A DNA stretch of 32,000 bases from Delftia acidovorans NBRC 14950 (lineage in GTDB: Bacteria > Pseudomonadota > Gammaproteobacteria > Burkholderiales > Burkholderiaceae_C): the NCBI RefSeq assembly GCF_001598795.1, contig NZ_BCZP01000011.1, positions 1 through 32,000 on the forward strand, read 5' to 3'. The position numbers and the translations under genes are program-made. Positions 16,590 to 25,366 of the stretch are shown here, piece after piece; within the stretch, counting starts at the first letter, position 1; every line of letters starts with the position of its first letter. The notes beneath the pieces were generated by a model. The model worked only from the letters and a program-made list of their open reading frames with translations. It did not search any database and had not been told where the DNA came from.

Positions 16590-17723
16590 ATGCTTGCCTT
16601 CAACCCCATCCCCCCGGCCCCTCTGCCAGAGCAGGCCGCCGCACGGACCTGGGACATCTTCTGCCAGGTCATAGACAACTTTGGCGACATCGGCGTGTGC
16701 TGGCGCGCGGCGGCCGACCTGGCCTCACGCGGCCAGCGCGTGCGGCTGTGGATGGACGACGCCAGCGCCCTGGCCTGGATGGCTCCCCGGCCGCACCCGG
16801 CCGGGCTCAGCGTGCACGGCTGGCCCACGCAGGCGCAGGATGTCCCGCAGTCCATGGGTGATGTGGTCATCGAGGCCTTCGGCTGCGAGATCCCGCCGCC
16901 CTTTCTGGCGGCCATCGCGCGCCGGGCACCGCTGTGGATCAACCTCGAATACCTGTCGGCAGAGGACTATGTGGAGCACTGCCACCGCCTGCCCTCGCCG
17001 CTGATGTCGGGGCCGGCTGCGGGGTTGACGCGCTGGTTCTTCTACCCGGGCTTCACGGCCGCCACGGGCGGCCTGCTGCGCGAGCCGGACCTGGCCGCGC
17101 GCCAGGCAGCCTTTGCTTCCGAGGGCCGGCAGGCCTGGCGCACACGCCACGGCATAGGCACCGGCGATTGCGCCATCTCTCTGTTCTGCTACGAGCCCCC
17201 TGCCCTGCCTCAATGGCTGGCCCAACTGCATGCAGCGCCCCCTGCGCCGCAGGCCACGCATTTGCTGGTAACCCCGGGGCGCGCAGCCGCCACCGTGCAA
17301 CAGGCCATGGCCAGCGTGCCCGCCACGGAACAAGGCGCGGTGACCCGGCATGCGCTGCAGCCCTGCCCCCAACCTCAGTTCGATGAAATGCTCTGGGCCT
17401 GCGACCTGAACCTGGTGCGTGGCGAGGATTCGCTGGTACGCGCGCTGTGGGCGGGCCAGCCGCTGGTCTGGCACATCTATCTCCAGCACGACGACGCCCA
17501 TCACGACAAGCTCGACGCCTTTCTTGATTGGCTGCAGGCACCAGCCAGCCTGCGCGCCTTCCACCATGCCTGGAACGGCATGGCACCGGCAAGCACCTTG
17601 CCCGCAATCACGCCTGCGTTGCTGCAGCAATGGCAGGAATGCGTGCAGGCGGCACGCTTGCGGCTGCTGCAACAGACCCCATTGATTGAGCAGCTACAAG
17701 CTTTCGTGACCGAAAAAAGCTAG
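16590..17723 (+). CDS. earP: EF-P arginine-32 rhamnosyltransferase EarP (DUF2331 family)
   Basis: N-terminal WDIFCQVIDNFGDIGVCWRAAADL is the EarP hallmark. Located immediately upstream of an Arg32-type efp. Confidence 0.85.
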   Translation: MLAFNPIPPAPLPEQAAARTWDIFCQVIDNFGDIGVCWRAAADLASRGQRVRLWMDDASALAWMAPRPHPAGLSVHGWPTQAQDVPQSMGDVVIEAFGCEIPPPFLAAIARRAPLWINLEYLSAEDYVEHCHRLPSPLMSGPAAGLTRWFFYPGFTAATGGLLREPDLAARQAAFASEGRQAWRTRHGIGTGDCAISLFCYEPPALPQWLAQLHAAPPAPQATHLLVTPGRAAATVQQAMASVPATEQGAVTRHALQPCPQPQFDEMLWACDLNLVRGEDSLVRALWAGQPLVWHIYLQHDDAHHDKLDAFLDWLQAPASLRAFHHAWNGMAPASTLPAITPALLQQWQECVQAARLRLLQQTPLIEQLQAFVTEKS

Positions 17724-17885
17724 AATGCACGTTTTGCCTCCCTGGAGGCGCCGCTGCGGGCGACCGCCAGCCGGCCGCCATCGACCAACCAGGGTTGCAC
17801 CCGCCGCGGAACTGCGGCAGGCGCACCGTCCCAGCGACTTCGCTTGCCTGCCCTGTTGAGCGGCTCAACCTCAGCCAAGCAAGCT

Positions 17886-18440
17886 ATGAAAATCGCTCAA
17901 GAAATCCGCGCCGGCAACGTGATCATGCACGGCAAGGACCCGATGATCGTCCTGAAGACCGAATACGCTCGCGGTGGCCGCGGCGCCGCCACCGTCCGCA
18001 TGAAGCTCAAGTCCCTGCTGGGCAACATGGGCACCGAAGTCGTCTTCAAGGCCGACGACAAGATCGACAACGTGATCCTGGACAAGAAGGAGTGCACCTA
18101 CTCCTACTTCGCCGATCCGATGTACGTGTGGATGGATGCCGACTTCAACCAGTACGAAGTGGAAGCCACCAACATGGGTGACGCCATCAACTACCTGGAA
18201 GACGGCATGGAAGCCGAAGTCGTGTTCTACGACGGCAAGGCCATCTCCTGCGAACTGCCCACTTCCGTGGAACGCGAAATCACCTGGACCGAACCCGCCG
18301 TCAAGGGCGACACATCGGGCAAGGTGCTCAAGCCCGCCAAGATTGCCACCGGCTTCGAAGTGCCCGTGCCCCTGTTCGTGAGCCAGGGCGACAAGATCGA
18401 AATCGACACCCGCACGGGCGAATACCGCAAGCGCGTCTAA
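17886..18440 (+). CDS. efp: translation elongation factor P (Arg32 type)
   Basis: [11 protein letters not shown]...[16 protein letters not shown]...TGEYRKRV. The loop residue 32 is Arg (CGC at 17979-17981). Confidence 0.95.
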   Translation: MKIAQEIRAGNVIMHGKDPMIVLKTEYARGGRGAATVRMKLKSLLGNMGTEVVFKADDKIDNVILDKKECTYSYFADPMYVWMDADFNQYEVEATNMGDAINYLEDGMEAEVVFYDGKAISCELPTSVEREITWTEPAVKGDTSGKVLKPAKIATGFEVPVPLFVSQGDKIEIDTRTGEYRKRV

Positions 18441-18465
18441 ACAACGCTTGCAGTTCCCTCTGCGA

Positions 18466-18500
18466 AGCCCCTGGCAGTCTCTGCCAGGGGCTTTTTCTTT
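18466..18500 (+). terminator. Rho-independent terminator after efp
   Basis: A 12-bp perfect stem, AGCCCCTGGCAG / CTGCCAGGGGCT, with a 3-nt loop, followed by TTTTTCTTT. Confidence 0.7.
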
Positions 18501-18539
18501 GGGCGCGCGGTATCCATGCAGATATTTACCCGGATTTAA

Positions 18540-18568
18540 TTGACTTGCAAATTTTACCCGGCTAATAT
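18540..18568 (+). promoter_or_regulatory. Near-consensus sigma70 promoter for the DUF2239-like gene
   Basis: TTGACT (18540-18545), an exact 17-nt spacer, then TAATAT (18563-18568). Confidence 0.45.
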
Positions 18569-18575
18569 CCACCGC

Positions 18576-19196
18576 ATGACTACCGACTCTTGCATGGCGG
18601 GCGCCGAGCCCGCACCCAGCTACACCATCTTCCAGGGCCATGGCCGTCTGCTCCAGGGGGACAGGCCTGCCGTCCTGCAGTTCCTGCAAAGCCATGAACA
18701 ACAGGCGCAGGGCAGTGGATCGGCACCGCCGTTGTGGGTTTTCGACGACCACAGCGGCATGCGGCTGGACCTGGACTGGCGCAGCGAGCTGGCCGCATCG
18801 CCCGTACCCGGTCAAGCCGCCGCGCCCCGCAGCGTGGGCCGCCCCAAGCTGGGCGTGGTGGCACGCGAAGTCACCTTGCTGCCACGGCACTGGGAATGGC
18901 TCAACCGCCAGCCCGGCGGCGCCTCCGGCGCACTGCGCAGGCTGGTGGACGAGGCGCGCGGCAAGCACGCCGCACAGGATGCCGTGCGCGCCGCCACCGA
19001 AGCCGTCTACCGTTTCATGAGCGAGATGGCGGGCGACCTGCCCCATTTCGAGGACGCCAGCCGCGCCCTGTTTGCACGCCAGGCCGAAGCCTTTGCACAG
19101 CACACCGCCGCCTGGCCCGAGGATGTGCGAAGCTACCTGCAGCAACTGGGCGGCCCCGTGTGGGCGGGCTCACCTGCGGCACCAGCCCAGGACTGA
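18576..19196 (+). CDS. DUF2239-like conserved hypothetical protein
   Basis: The central GRPKLGVVAREVTLLPRHWEWLNRQPGGASGALRRLVDEAR resembles my recollection of the DUF2239 family. Alternative start at ATG 18594. Confidence 0.6.
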   Translation: MTTDSCMAGAEPAPSYTIFQGHGRLLQGDRPAVLQFLQSHEQQAQGSGSAPPLWVFDDHSGMRLDLDWRSELAASPVPGQAAAPRSVGRPKLGVVAREVTLLPRHWEWLNRQPGGASGALRRLVDEARGKHAAQDAVRAATEAVYRFMSEMAGDLPHFEDASRALFARQAEAFAQHTAAWPEDVRSYLQQLGGPVWAGSPAAPAQD

Positions 19197-19250
19197 AAAC
19201 CTAAACCGGCCCGACCTCACTGCTTTTCTCGTCGCATTACCAGACACAAC

Positions 19251-20669
19251 ATGACGAAACCAACCGAACCCCTGCCCCAGGCCGCCGCGCCTGCCGCATC
19301 CAGCCCCGGCGGGCCGCCCATTGCCGGCAGCCAGCCGCTGTGGCGCACCTTTCTGGTGTTCCTGGGCCCCATGGTGCTGGCCAACATCCTGCAATCGCTG
19401 TCGGGCACCATCAACAGCGTCTTCATCGGCCAGATGCTGGGCGTGCAGGCGCTGGCCGCCGTCGCGGCCTTCTTTCCGGTGATGTTCCTCTTCATCGCCT
19501 TCGTGATCGGCCTGGGCGCGGGCTCCTCGGTGCTGATCGGCCAGGCCTACGGCGCGCGCATGCATGACAAGCTGCGCGCGATTGCAGGCACGGCCATGTG
19601 CATAGGACTGCTGTTTGGCGCCATCGTGGCCCTGTTCGGCGGGCTGTTCACCGAGCCGCTGATGCGATTGCTGGGCACGCCGCCCGACATCATGGAGCAG
19701 GCCACGCTGTACTCGCGCATCGTGCTGCTGGGCATGCCGGGGCTGTTCGTGTTTCTGCTGGCCACCTCGCTGCTGCGCGGCGTGGGCGACACGGTCTCGC
19801 CCATGCTGGCCCTGCTGATCTCCACGGGCACGGGCCTGGCCTGCACCCCGGCGCTGATCGCGGGCTGGGCCGGCCTGCCGCGCCTGGGCGTGGCCAGCGC
19901 GGGCGTGTCCATGATCCTGGGCTTCACCCTGGCGCTGGCCTGGCTGGGCTGGCGGCTGCGCCGCATCGGCAGCCCGCTGGCGCCCAATGCCGCGCTGTGG
20001 AAGGCGATGCGCATTGACCGAACCCTGCTCAAGAGCATCCTGCGCGTGGGCATTCCCACGGGCGTGCAGATGATTGCCTCGTCCATGGCCGGGCTGGTCG
20101 TCGTGTCGCTGGTCAACGGCTTCGGCTCCAGCGCCACGGCCGCCTATGGCGCGGTCAACCAGATCAACTCGTTTGCGCAGTTTCCCGTGATCTCGGTCGC
20201 CATCACGGCCTCCATCCTCGGAGCCCAGGCCATCGGCGCGGGCCGCAGCGAGCGGCTAGGAGCCATCACGGCCACGGCCATCCGCATGAACCTGGCATTG
20301 GGCGCCGCACTGGCCCTGATCGGCAGCCTGTTCGCACGGCCGCTGCTGGGCATGTTCATCACCGACGAGCAGGTGCTGGTGCTGGCCATCGAGCTGCTGT
20401 ACATCGTGCTGTGGAGCGGCCTGCTGCTGGGCTGCTTCATTGCCCTGTCGTCCATCATGCGCGCCAGCGGCGATGTGGTCATTCCCACGGCCATCACCAT
20501 CACGGTGCTCGCCGTGCTGGAGCTGCCCATGGCCTGGTGGCTGAGCCGCGGCTTCGGGCTGATGGGGATCTGGATGGCGCTTCCGCTGTCCTACACCCTG
20601 ACGCTGTGCCTGCAGACCGCCTACTACAAGCTGGTCTGGAAGAAGCGCCCCATCCGCCGCATGGTGTAA
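19251..20669 (+). CDS. MATE family efflux transporter
   Basis: 472 aa and ~12 TM. N-terminal LWRTFLVFLGPMVLANILQSLSGTINSVFIGQ fits the MATE pattern, with an internal duplication. Confidence 0.9.
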   Translation: MTKPTEPLPQAAAPAASSPGGPPIAGSQPLWRTFLVFLGPMVLANILQSLSGTINSVFIGQMLGVQALAAVAAFFPVMFLFIAFVIGLGAGSSVLIGQAYGARMHDKLRAIAGTAMCIGLLFGAIVALFGGLFTEPLMRLLGTPPDIMEQATLYSRIVLLGMPGLFVFLLATSLLRGVGDTVSPMLALLISTGTGLACTPALIAGWAGLPRLGVASAGVSMILGFTLALAWLGWRLRRIGSPLAPNAALWKAMRIDRTLLKSILRVGIPTGVQMIASSMAGLVVVSLVNGFGSSATAAYGAVNQINSFAQFPVISVAITASILGAQAIGAGRSERLGAITATAIRMNLALGAALALIGSLFARPLLGMFITDEQVLVLAIELLYIVLWSGLLLGCFIALSSIMRASGDVVIPTAITITVLAVLELPMAWWLSRGFGLMGIWMALPLSYTLTLCLQTAYYKLVWKKRPIRRMV

Positions 20670-20684
20670 GGCGTGCGCCATGCA

Positions 20685-20716
20685 AAACAGGCTTCCCGAG
20701 GGAAGCCTGTTTTTTT
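20685..20716. terminator. Bidirectional rho-independent terminator between convergent MATE and adh genes
   Basis: Stem AAACAGGCTTCC / GGAAGCCTGTTT with loop CGAG, an A-run on one side and T7 on the other. Confidence 0.65.
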
Positions 20717-20731
20717 GGGGTGGGCAAAGCG

Positions 20732-21769
20732 TCAGGCGTTCAGGTCCAGCACCACGCGCCCTTCGATCTTGCCTTCATGCATGCGCGCAAAGATGTCGTT
20801 GATGTTCTCCAGCCGGTCGGTGGACACGGTGGCCTTGACCTTGCCCATGGCCGCGAAGTCCAGAGACTCCTGCAGGTCCAGCCGCGTGCCCACGATGGAG
20901 CCGCGCACGGTCACGCCGCTGAGCACCATGTTGAAGATGGGCAGCGGAAAGCTGCCGGGCGGCAGGCCGTTGAGCGACACCGTGCCGCCGCGCCGCACCA
21001 TGCCCAGCGCCTGCTCGAAGGCCTTGGGCGATACCGCCGTCACCAAGGCGCCGTGTGCGCCGCCAATCTCCTTTTTCAGGTAGGCCGCAGGGTCCGTGGT
21101 CATGGCGTTGACCGTGACCTGTGCGCCCAGGCGCCTGGCCAGCGCCAGCTTGTCGTCATCCACATCCACCGCCGCCACGTTCAGGCCCATGGCCTTGGCG
21201 TACTGCACGGCCATGTGGCCCAGGCCGCCGATGCCCGAGATCACCACCCAGTTGCCGGGTTTGGTGTCGGTGACCTTCAGGCCCTTGTAGACGGTGACGC
21301 CCGCGCACAGCACGGGAGCGATCTCGATGAGGTCCACGCTGCCGGGCAGCAGGCCCACGAAATTGGCATCGGCCAGCGCGTACTGCGCAAAGCCGCCGTT
21401 GACGGAGTAGCCGGTGTTCTTTTGCTGCTCGCACAGCGTCTCCCAGCCGCCCAGGCAATGCTCGCAATGGCCGCAGGCCGTGTACAGCCAGGGAATGCCG
21501 ACGCGGTCGCCCTCCTTCACATGGGTGACACCTGCTCCCACGGCGGCCACATAGCCCACGCCTTCATGGCCTGGGATGAAAGGCGGATTGGGCTTGACGG
21601 GCCAGTCGCCCTGAGCCGCGTGCAAATCGGTATGGCAGACGCCGCAGGCCTCGATCTTCACCAGCACATGGCCGGGATCGGGCCTGGGCACCTGGACTTC
21701 CTCGATGGTGAGCGGCTTGCCAAACTCCCGCACCACGGCGGCCTTCATGGTCCTGTTCATTCGCGCCAT
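20732..21769 (-). CDS. adhP: zinc-dependent alcohol dehydrogenase (AdhP-like); likely start at ATG 21760 or 21748
   Basis: [18 protein letters not shown]...[26 protein letters not shown] and ISGIGGLGH (Rossmann) are present. GAAAGGA lies 8 nt upstream of ATG 21760. Confidence 0.88.
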   Translation of the reverse strand: MARMNRTMKAAVVREFGKPLTIEEVQVPRPDPGHVLVKIEACGVCHTDLHAAQGDWPVKPNPPFIPGHEGVGYVAAVGAGVTHVKEGDRVGIPWLYTACGHCEHCLGGWETLCEQQKNTGYSVNGGFAQYALADANFVGLLPGSVDLIEIAPVLCAGVTVYKGLKVTDTKPGNWVVISGIGGLGHMAVQYAKAMGLNVAAVDVDDDKLALARRLGAQVTVNAMTTDPAAYLKKEIGGAHGALVTAVSPKAFEQALGMVRRGGTVSLNGLPPGSFPLPIFNMVLSGVTVRGSIVGTRLDLQESLDFAAMGKVKATVSTDRLENINDIFARMHEGKIEGRVVLDLNA

Positions 21770-21853
21770 CCTTTCTTTGCGTCAAAGTAGGTACAGCATT
21801 TCAGCGAAGCGACCTGAACGCCTTGATCAAAATCAGGCCTTGGACCATCAAGG

Positions 21854-21888
21854 ACAAAAAAAGCGGGCAAGGAAAACCTTGCCCGCTT
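21854..21888 (-). terminator. Rho-independent terminator after rimO
   Basis: 12-bp stem AAGCGGGCAAGG / CCTTGCCCGCTT with loop AAAA. The minus strand is followed by TTTTTTTG. Confidence 0.65.
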
Positions 21889-21910
21889 TTCAGGGATGCG
21901 AATGCAGGCC

Positions 21911-23326
21911 TTACACGGGCTGGCCCACCAGGTCGTGGCCCTGCGTGCCCACGATGCGCGCCTTCACGAAGTCGCCCACCTTGTAGGTCTTGCTGGCCTT
22001 CTCGGGCGGCAGCAGGTGCACCAGGCCGTCGATCTCGGGCGCATCGGCATAGCTGCGGCCCACGCCACCCTTCTTGCCCAGGCCCACGGACTTGTCCACC
22101 AGCACCTGCATGGTCTGGCCCACGCGCTTTTGCAGGCGCGCAGTGGAAACCTCTTCGGCCACGGCCATGAAGCGCGCACGGCGCTCCTCACGCACTTCCA
22201 GGGGCAGCATGCCGGGAATCTCGTTGGCGGCAGCGCCTTCGACCGGGCTGTAGGCAAAGCAGCCCGCGCGGTCGATCTGCGCCTCGCGCAGGAACTGCAG
22301 CAGGTGCTCGAACTCCTGCTCCGTCTCGCCAGGGAAGCCCGCGATGAAGGTTGAACGGATCACCAGATCCGGGCAGATCTCGCGCCAGCGCTGCAGGCGC
22401 TCCAGGTTCCTCTCGCCGTTGGCGGGGCGCTTCATGCGCTTCAAGACATCGGGATGGCTGTGCTGGAAGGGCACGTCCAGATAGGGCAGCACGCGGCCCG
22501 TGGCCATGAACGGAATGACCTCGTCCACGCTGGGGTACGGGTAGACATAGTGCAGGCGCACCCAGGCGCCATAGGGCTCGGCGATCTCGGCCAGCGTCTG
22601 CACCAGTTCGAGCATGCGCGTCTTGACCGGCTTGCCGTCCCAGAAGCCCGTGCGGTACTTCACATCCACGCCATAGGCCGAGGTGTCCTGGCTGATCACC
22701 AGCAGCTCCTTGACGCCGCCCTCGAACAGCGCGCGCGCCTCCTTGAGCACATCGCCCACGGGGCGCGAGACCAGGTCGCCACGCATGGAGGGAATGATGC
22801 AGAAGGTGCAGCGGTGGTTGCAGCCCTCGGAAATCTTCAGGTAGGCGTAGTGCCTGGGCGTGAGCTTGATGCCCGCCTCGCCAAAGGCGCCCGGCACCAG
22901 GTCGATGAAGGGATCGTGCGGCTTGGGCAGATGGGTGTGAACGGCGTTCATCACCTCCTGCGTGGCGTGCGGCCCGGTCACGGCCAGCACGCTGGGGTGC
23001 ACTTCCTGGATCAGGTTGCCGCCGTCCTTGCCCGCCTTGGCACCCAGGCAGCCCGTGACGATGACCTTGCCGTTCTCGGCCAGCGCCTCGCCAATGGTGT
23101 CCAGGCTCTCGCGCACGGCGTCATCGATGAAGCCACAGGTGTTGACGATCACCAGGTCAGCGCCCTCGAAGGTCTTGGAGGTCTGGTAACCCTCGGCGCT
23201 GAGCTGGGTAAGGATGAGTTCAGAGTCCGTGAGTGCCTTGGGGCATCCAAGAGACACGAAGCCCACGCGCGGAGCGGCCGCGCCTGCAGGGGTTGTCATG
23301 GTTGTTGCGTCGCTCGTGGGGGTCAT
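21911..23326 (-). CDS. rimO: ribosomal protein S12 methylthiotransferase RimO
   Basis: N-terminal UPF0004 [16 protein letters not shown], radical-SAM CNHRCTFC, and a C-terminal TRAM domain. Confidence 0.93.
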   Translation of the reverse strand: MTPTSDATTMTTPAGAAAPRVGFVSLGCPKALTDSELILTQLSAEGYQTSKTFEGADLVIVNTCGFIDDAVRESLDTIGEALAENGKVIVTGCLGAKAGKDGGNLIQEVHPSVLAVTGPHATQEVMNAVHTHLPKPHDPFIDLVPGAFGEAGIKLTPRHYAYLKISEGCNHRCTFCIIPSMRGDLVSRPVGDVLKEARALFEGGVKELLVISQDTSAYGVDVKYRTGFWDGKPVKTRMLELVQTLAEIAEPYGAWVRLHYVYPYPSVDEVIPFMATGRVLPYLDVPFQHSHPDVLKRMKRPANGERNLERLQRWREICPDLVIRSTFIAGFPGETEQEFEHLLQFLREAQIDRAGCFAYSPVEGAAANEIPGMLPLEVREERRARFMAVAEEVSTARLQKRVGQTMQVLVDKSVGLGKKGGVGRSYADAPEIDGLVHLLPPEKASKTYKVGDFVKARIVGTQGHDLVGQPV

Positions 23327-23391
23327 AGGGGCGATATTGTCCCAGTTCTGCGAGAACTTGGTAAACCGCCCCTGAACTTATCCCTGCAAGC

Positions 23392-23931
23392 TCAGCTATT
23401 GCGCTTGATCCCGAGCGCGCCCAGCATCTGCTCGGTCTGCTTTTGCATCTGCTCCTGCATCTGGGTGAACATGTTCTGCGACTGCTCCATGTAGCTGCTC
23501 ATCATGTTCTGCATGGCGGGCGGCTGCATGCGCATGAACTGGCTCCAGGCCTCGGGCGAGGTGCCCTGGGCCTGCTCGGCCAGCTTGTTCTGGAAGTCGG
23601 TGAACATCTGCACGTTCTTTTCCAGATACGAGCCCATGTAGCCCTGCATGGCATGGCCGTAGAAACGGATGATGTTGGCCAGCACGGTCTCGGAGAACAT
23701 GGGCGCGCCACCAGCCTCTTCTTCCAGAATGATCTGCAGCAGGATGCTGCGCGTGAGGTCTTCGCCGCTCTTGGCGTCCTTGACCACCACGGGCTCGTTG
23801 CTCATTACCAGCTGCTTGACTTCCGTCAGCGTGATGTAGGAGGACGTGTTGGTGTCGTAGAGACGGCGGTTGGGGTATTTCTTGATCACGCGCTGAGCGC
23901 TGGGGGCGGCGGCTGTTGTCGTCTCTTGCAT
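23392..23931 (-). CDS. phaR: polyhydroxyalkanoate synthesis repressor PhaR
   Basis: IKKYPNRRLYDTNTSSYITLTEVKQLV...LTRSILLQIILEEE is the PhaR N-terminal signature. ATG 23931 is preceded by AGAGGAGAAG. Confidence 0.88.
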   Translation of the reverse strand: MQETTTAAAPSAQRVIKKYPNRRLYDTNTSSYITLTEVKQLVMSNEPVVVKDAKSGEDLTRSILLQIILEEEAGGAPMFSETVLANIIRFYGHAMQGYMGSYLEKNVQMFTDFQNKLAEQAQGTSPEAWSQFMRMQPPAMQNMMSSYMEQSQNMFTQMQEQMQKQTEQMLGALGIKRNS

Positions 23932-24139
23932 TGCAATGCTTCTCCTCTTGTACGTGCTTGTACGGGCAATTGATCTATTGCACTGCAACAGATTCTAGGC
24001 AGCGCACACAGCACCTGGCGCAGCAGTAACCCTGATGGTAGCCGCGTACGGCGCGCCTGCGGGCCTTGCCGCGCGCAACAGCGTCTCAAGGGCGACCTGG
24101 CCAGGCCGCCGTGCGCAGCCAGTTGCAGGTCGCGCGCCG

Positions 24140-24562
24140 TCAAGCCGGCAGGCCCGGGCTGGCAGGCGGCATTCCCAGGCTGGAATGCGTGGCCAGTTGC
24201 TCCAGCAAGGCCTCGCCGATGGCCCAGGTATAGGCGGCATTGATGCCTGCACAAGTCAGCGGTCCGGTAAACCAGCTGGCAATGGAGGCCAGGCGCAGCA
24301 CCTGCGTGCCCAGGCGCGGCGGCTCCATGGCCTGCACGAGCCCGGTGATGACCTGCACAGCAAGCTCCTGTGTAAAAGGCGCGCCGAACAGCAGGCACAG
24401 CCGCTGCGCCATGCGCAGCTGCACGGCCATGGCGACGGCCGCGCTGACCATGCCGGGAGGCGCCGCAGCGCTGGCAGCGGTCATCAACGTGTGATTGCGG
24501 ATGACTTCGCGCGCACGCAGCCGGCGCAGGCCATCGCGGGTCAAGGCTCGGGAAATGGTCAT
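24140..24562 (-). CDS. DUF697-like small protein (paralogue of 29741..30319)
   Basis: Third codon positions are strongly G/C-biased in this frame. GAGGG lies 7 nt upstream of the ATG. The pattern ...AAAPPGMVSAAVAMAVQLRMAQRLCLLFG... parallels ...ILPVPGLDLIALTGVQLSLLRKVGRLYG... in the other copy. Confidence 0.5.
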   Translation of the reverse strand: MTISRALTRDGLRRLRAREVIRNHTLMTAASAAAPPGMVSAAVAMAVQLRMAQRLCLLFGAPFTQELAVQVITGLVQAMEPPRLGTQVLRLASIASWFTGPLTCAGINAAYTWAIGEALLEQLATHSSLGMPPASPGLPA

Positions 24563-24616
24563 GGTTCAGCCCTCGTTTCACGCATGGTATGCACGGCGCG
24601 CCGGAATCAGCTCCGC

Positions 24617-25366
24617 TCAGGCCACCATCTCCAGCAGCAGCACTTGCACCTGGACTCCCGGCGCCCCCACGGCCAGCGCGCCCACATAGCCGGCCGGCAC
24701 AGGCAGATCCAGCGTGGTCCAGTCCTGTGGCGCCATGCCGGCCGGAGCATGGCACAGCCAACCGGAGGCGGCAGGCCCGCAGTCCACGGCGTAGGCATCC
24801 AGCGGCAGCGACAGCCCCTGGCCCACGGCCTTGGACACTGCCTCCTTGCGCGCCCAGCAGCGCATGGCCGCACCGGACGCCTCTTCGGCAAGGGCCTCGA
24901 TGGCCCGCTTCTCCGTGGGGTGGAAACAGGCCGCAATACCCAGGAAGTCAGGGGGCGCCTGGGCGGATTCGACGTCGATGCCTGCCGTGGTGCAGCGCGT
25001 GGCCACGGCCCAGACCTGGTTGCCGCTGTGGCTCAGGTTGCAACCCAGCCCGAAGGCCGCGAAATCGGGCCGACCAAAGGAGTTGAGTGCCAGCGGCGCC
25101 AGCGCCGGCATGCCGCCATAGGCGCTGGCCAGACGCCGCAGCAGGCTGCGCCCCGCGAGGTGACGCAGCGCATCGCGCCCCTGCACAAAACGCGCAGCGC
25201 GCGCATGTTCGCAGGTGGCGGTATGCGCCGCCAGGGCCGGGCGAAAGACGCGCTCGAGTGTCCAGTCCAGTGTCAGCCCCAGGCAGACGGCAGAGTCCGG
25301 CGCCAGGGGTGGCAGCTCAAAATCCAGCGGCGCATGGGCCGGCACGCGCAGCCGCTGCAGTGTCAC
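24617..25366 (-). CDS. Sfp-type 4'-phosphopantetheinyl transferase
   Basis: GIDVE and WARKEAVSKAVGQG (W..KEA..K) motifs are present. The GTG start overlaps the SPFH stop (GTGA at 25363-25366). Confidence 0.8.
   Translation of the reverse strand: MTLQRLRVPAHAPLDFELPPLAPDSAVCLGLTLDWTLERVFRPALAAHTATCEHARAARFVQGRDALRHLAGRSLLRRLASAYGGMPALAPLALNSFGRPDFAAFGLGCNLSHSGNQVWAVATRCTTAGIDVESAQAPPDFLGIAACFHPTEKRAIEALAEEASGAAMRCWARKEAVSKAVGQGLSLPLDAYAVDCGPAASGWLCHAPAGMAPQDWTTLDLPVPAGYVGALAVGAPGVQVQVLLLEMVA

Noticed and set aside
17886-18440. Lysine-type EF-P modification (EpmA/EpmB/EpmC) at this locus
   Set aside because: Residue 32 is Arg, not Lys34, and the adjacent gene is EarP-like. No epm-like genes are present.
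17871-19145. 424-aa minus-strand ORF
   Set aside because: It is antisense to efp (unambiguous) and to the DUF2239-like gene. It also spans a strong plus-strand terminator and promoter region.
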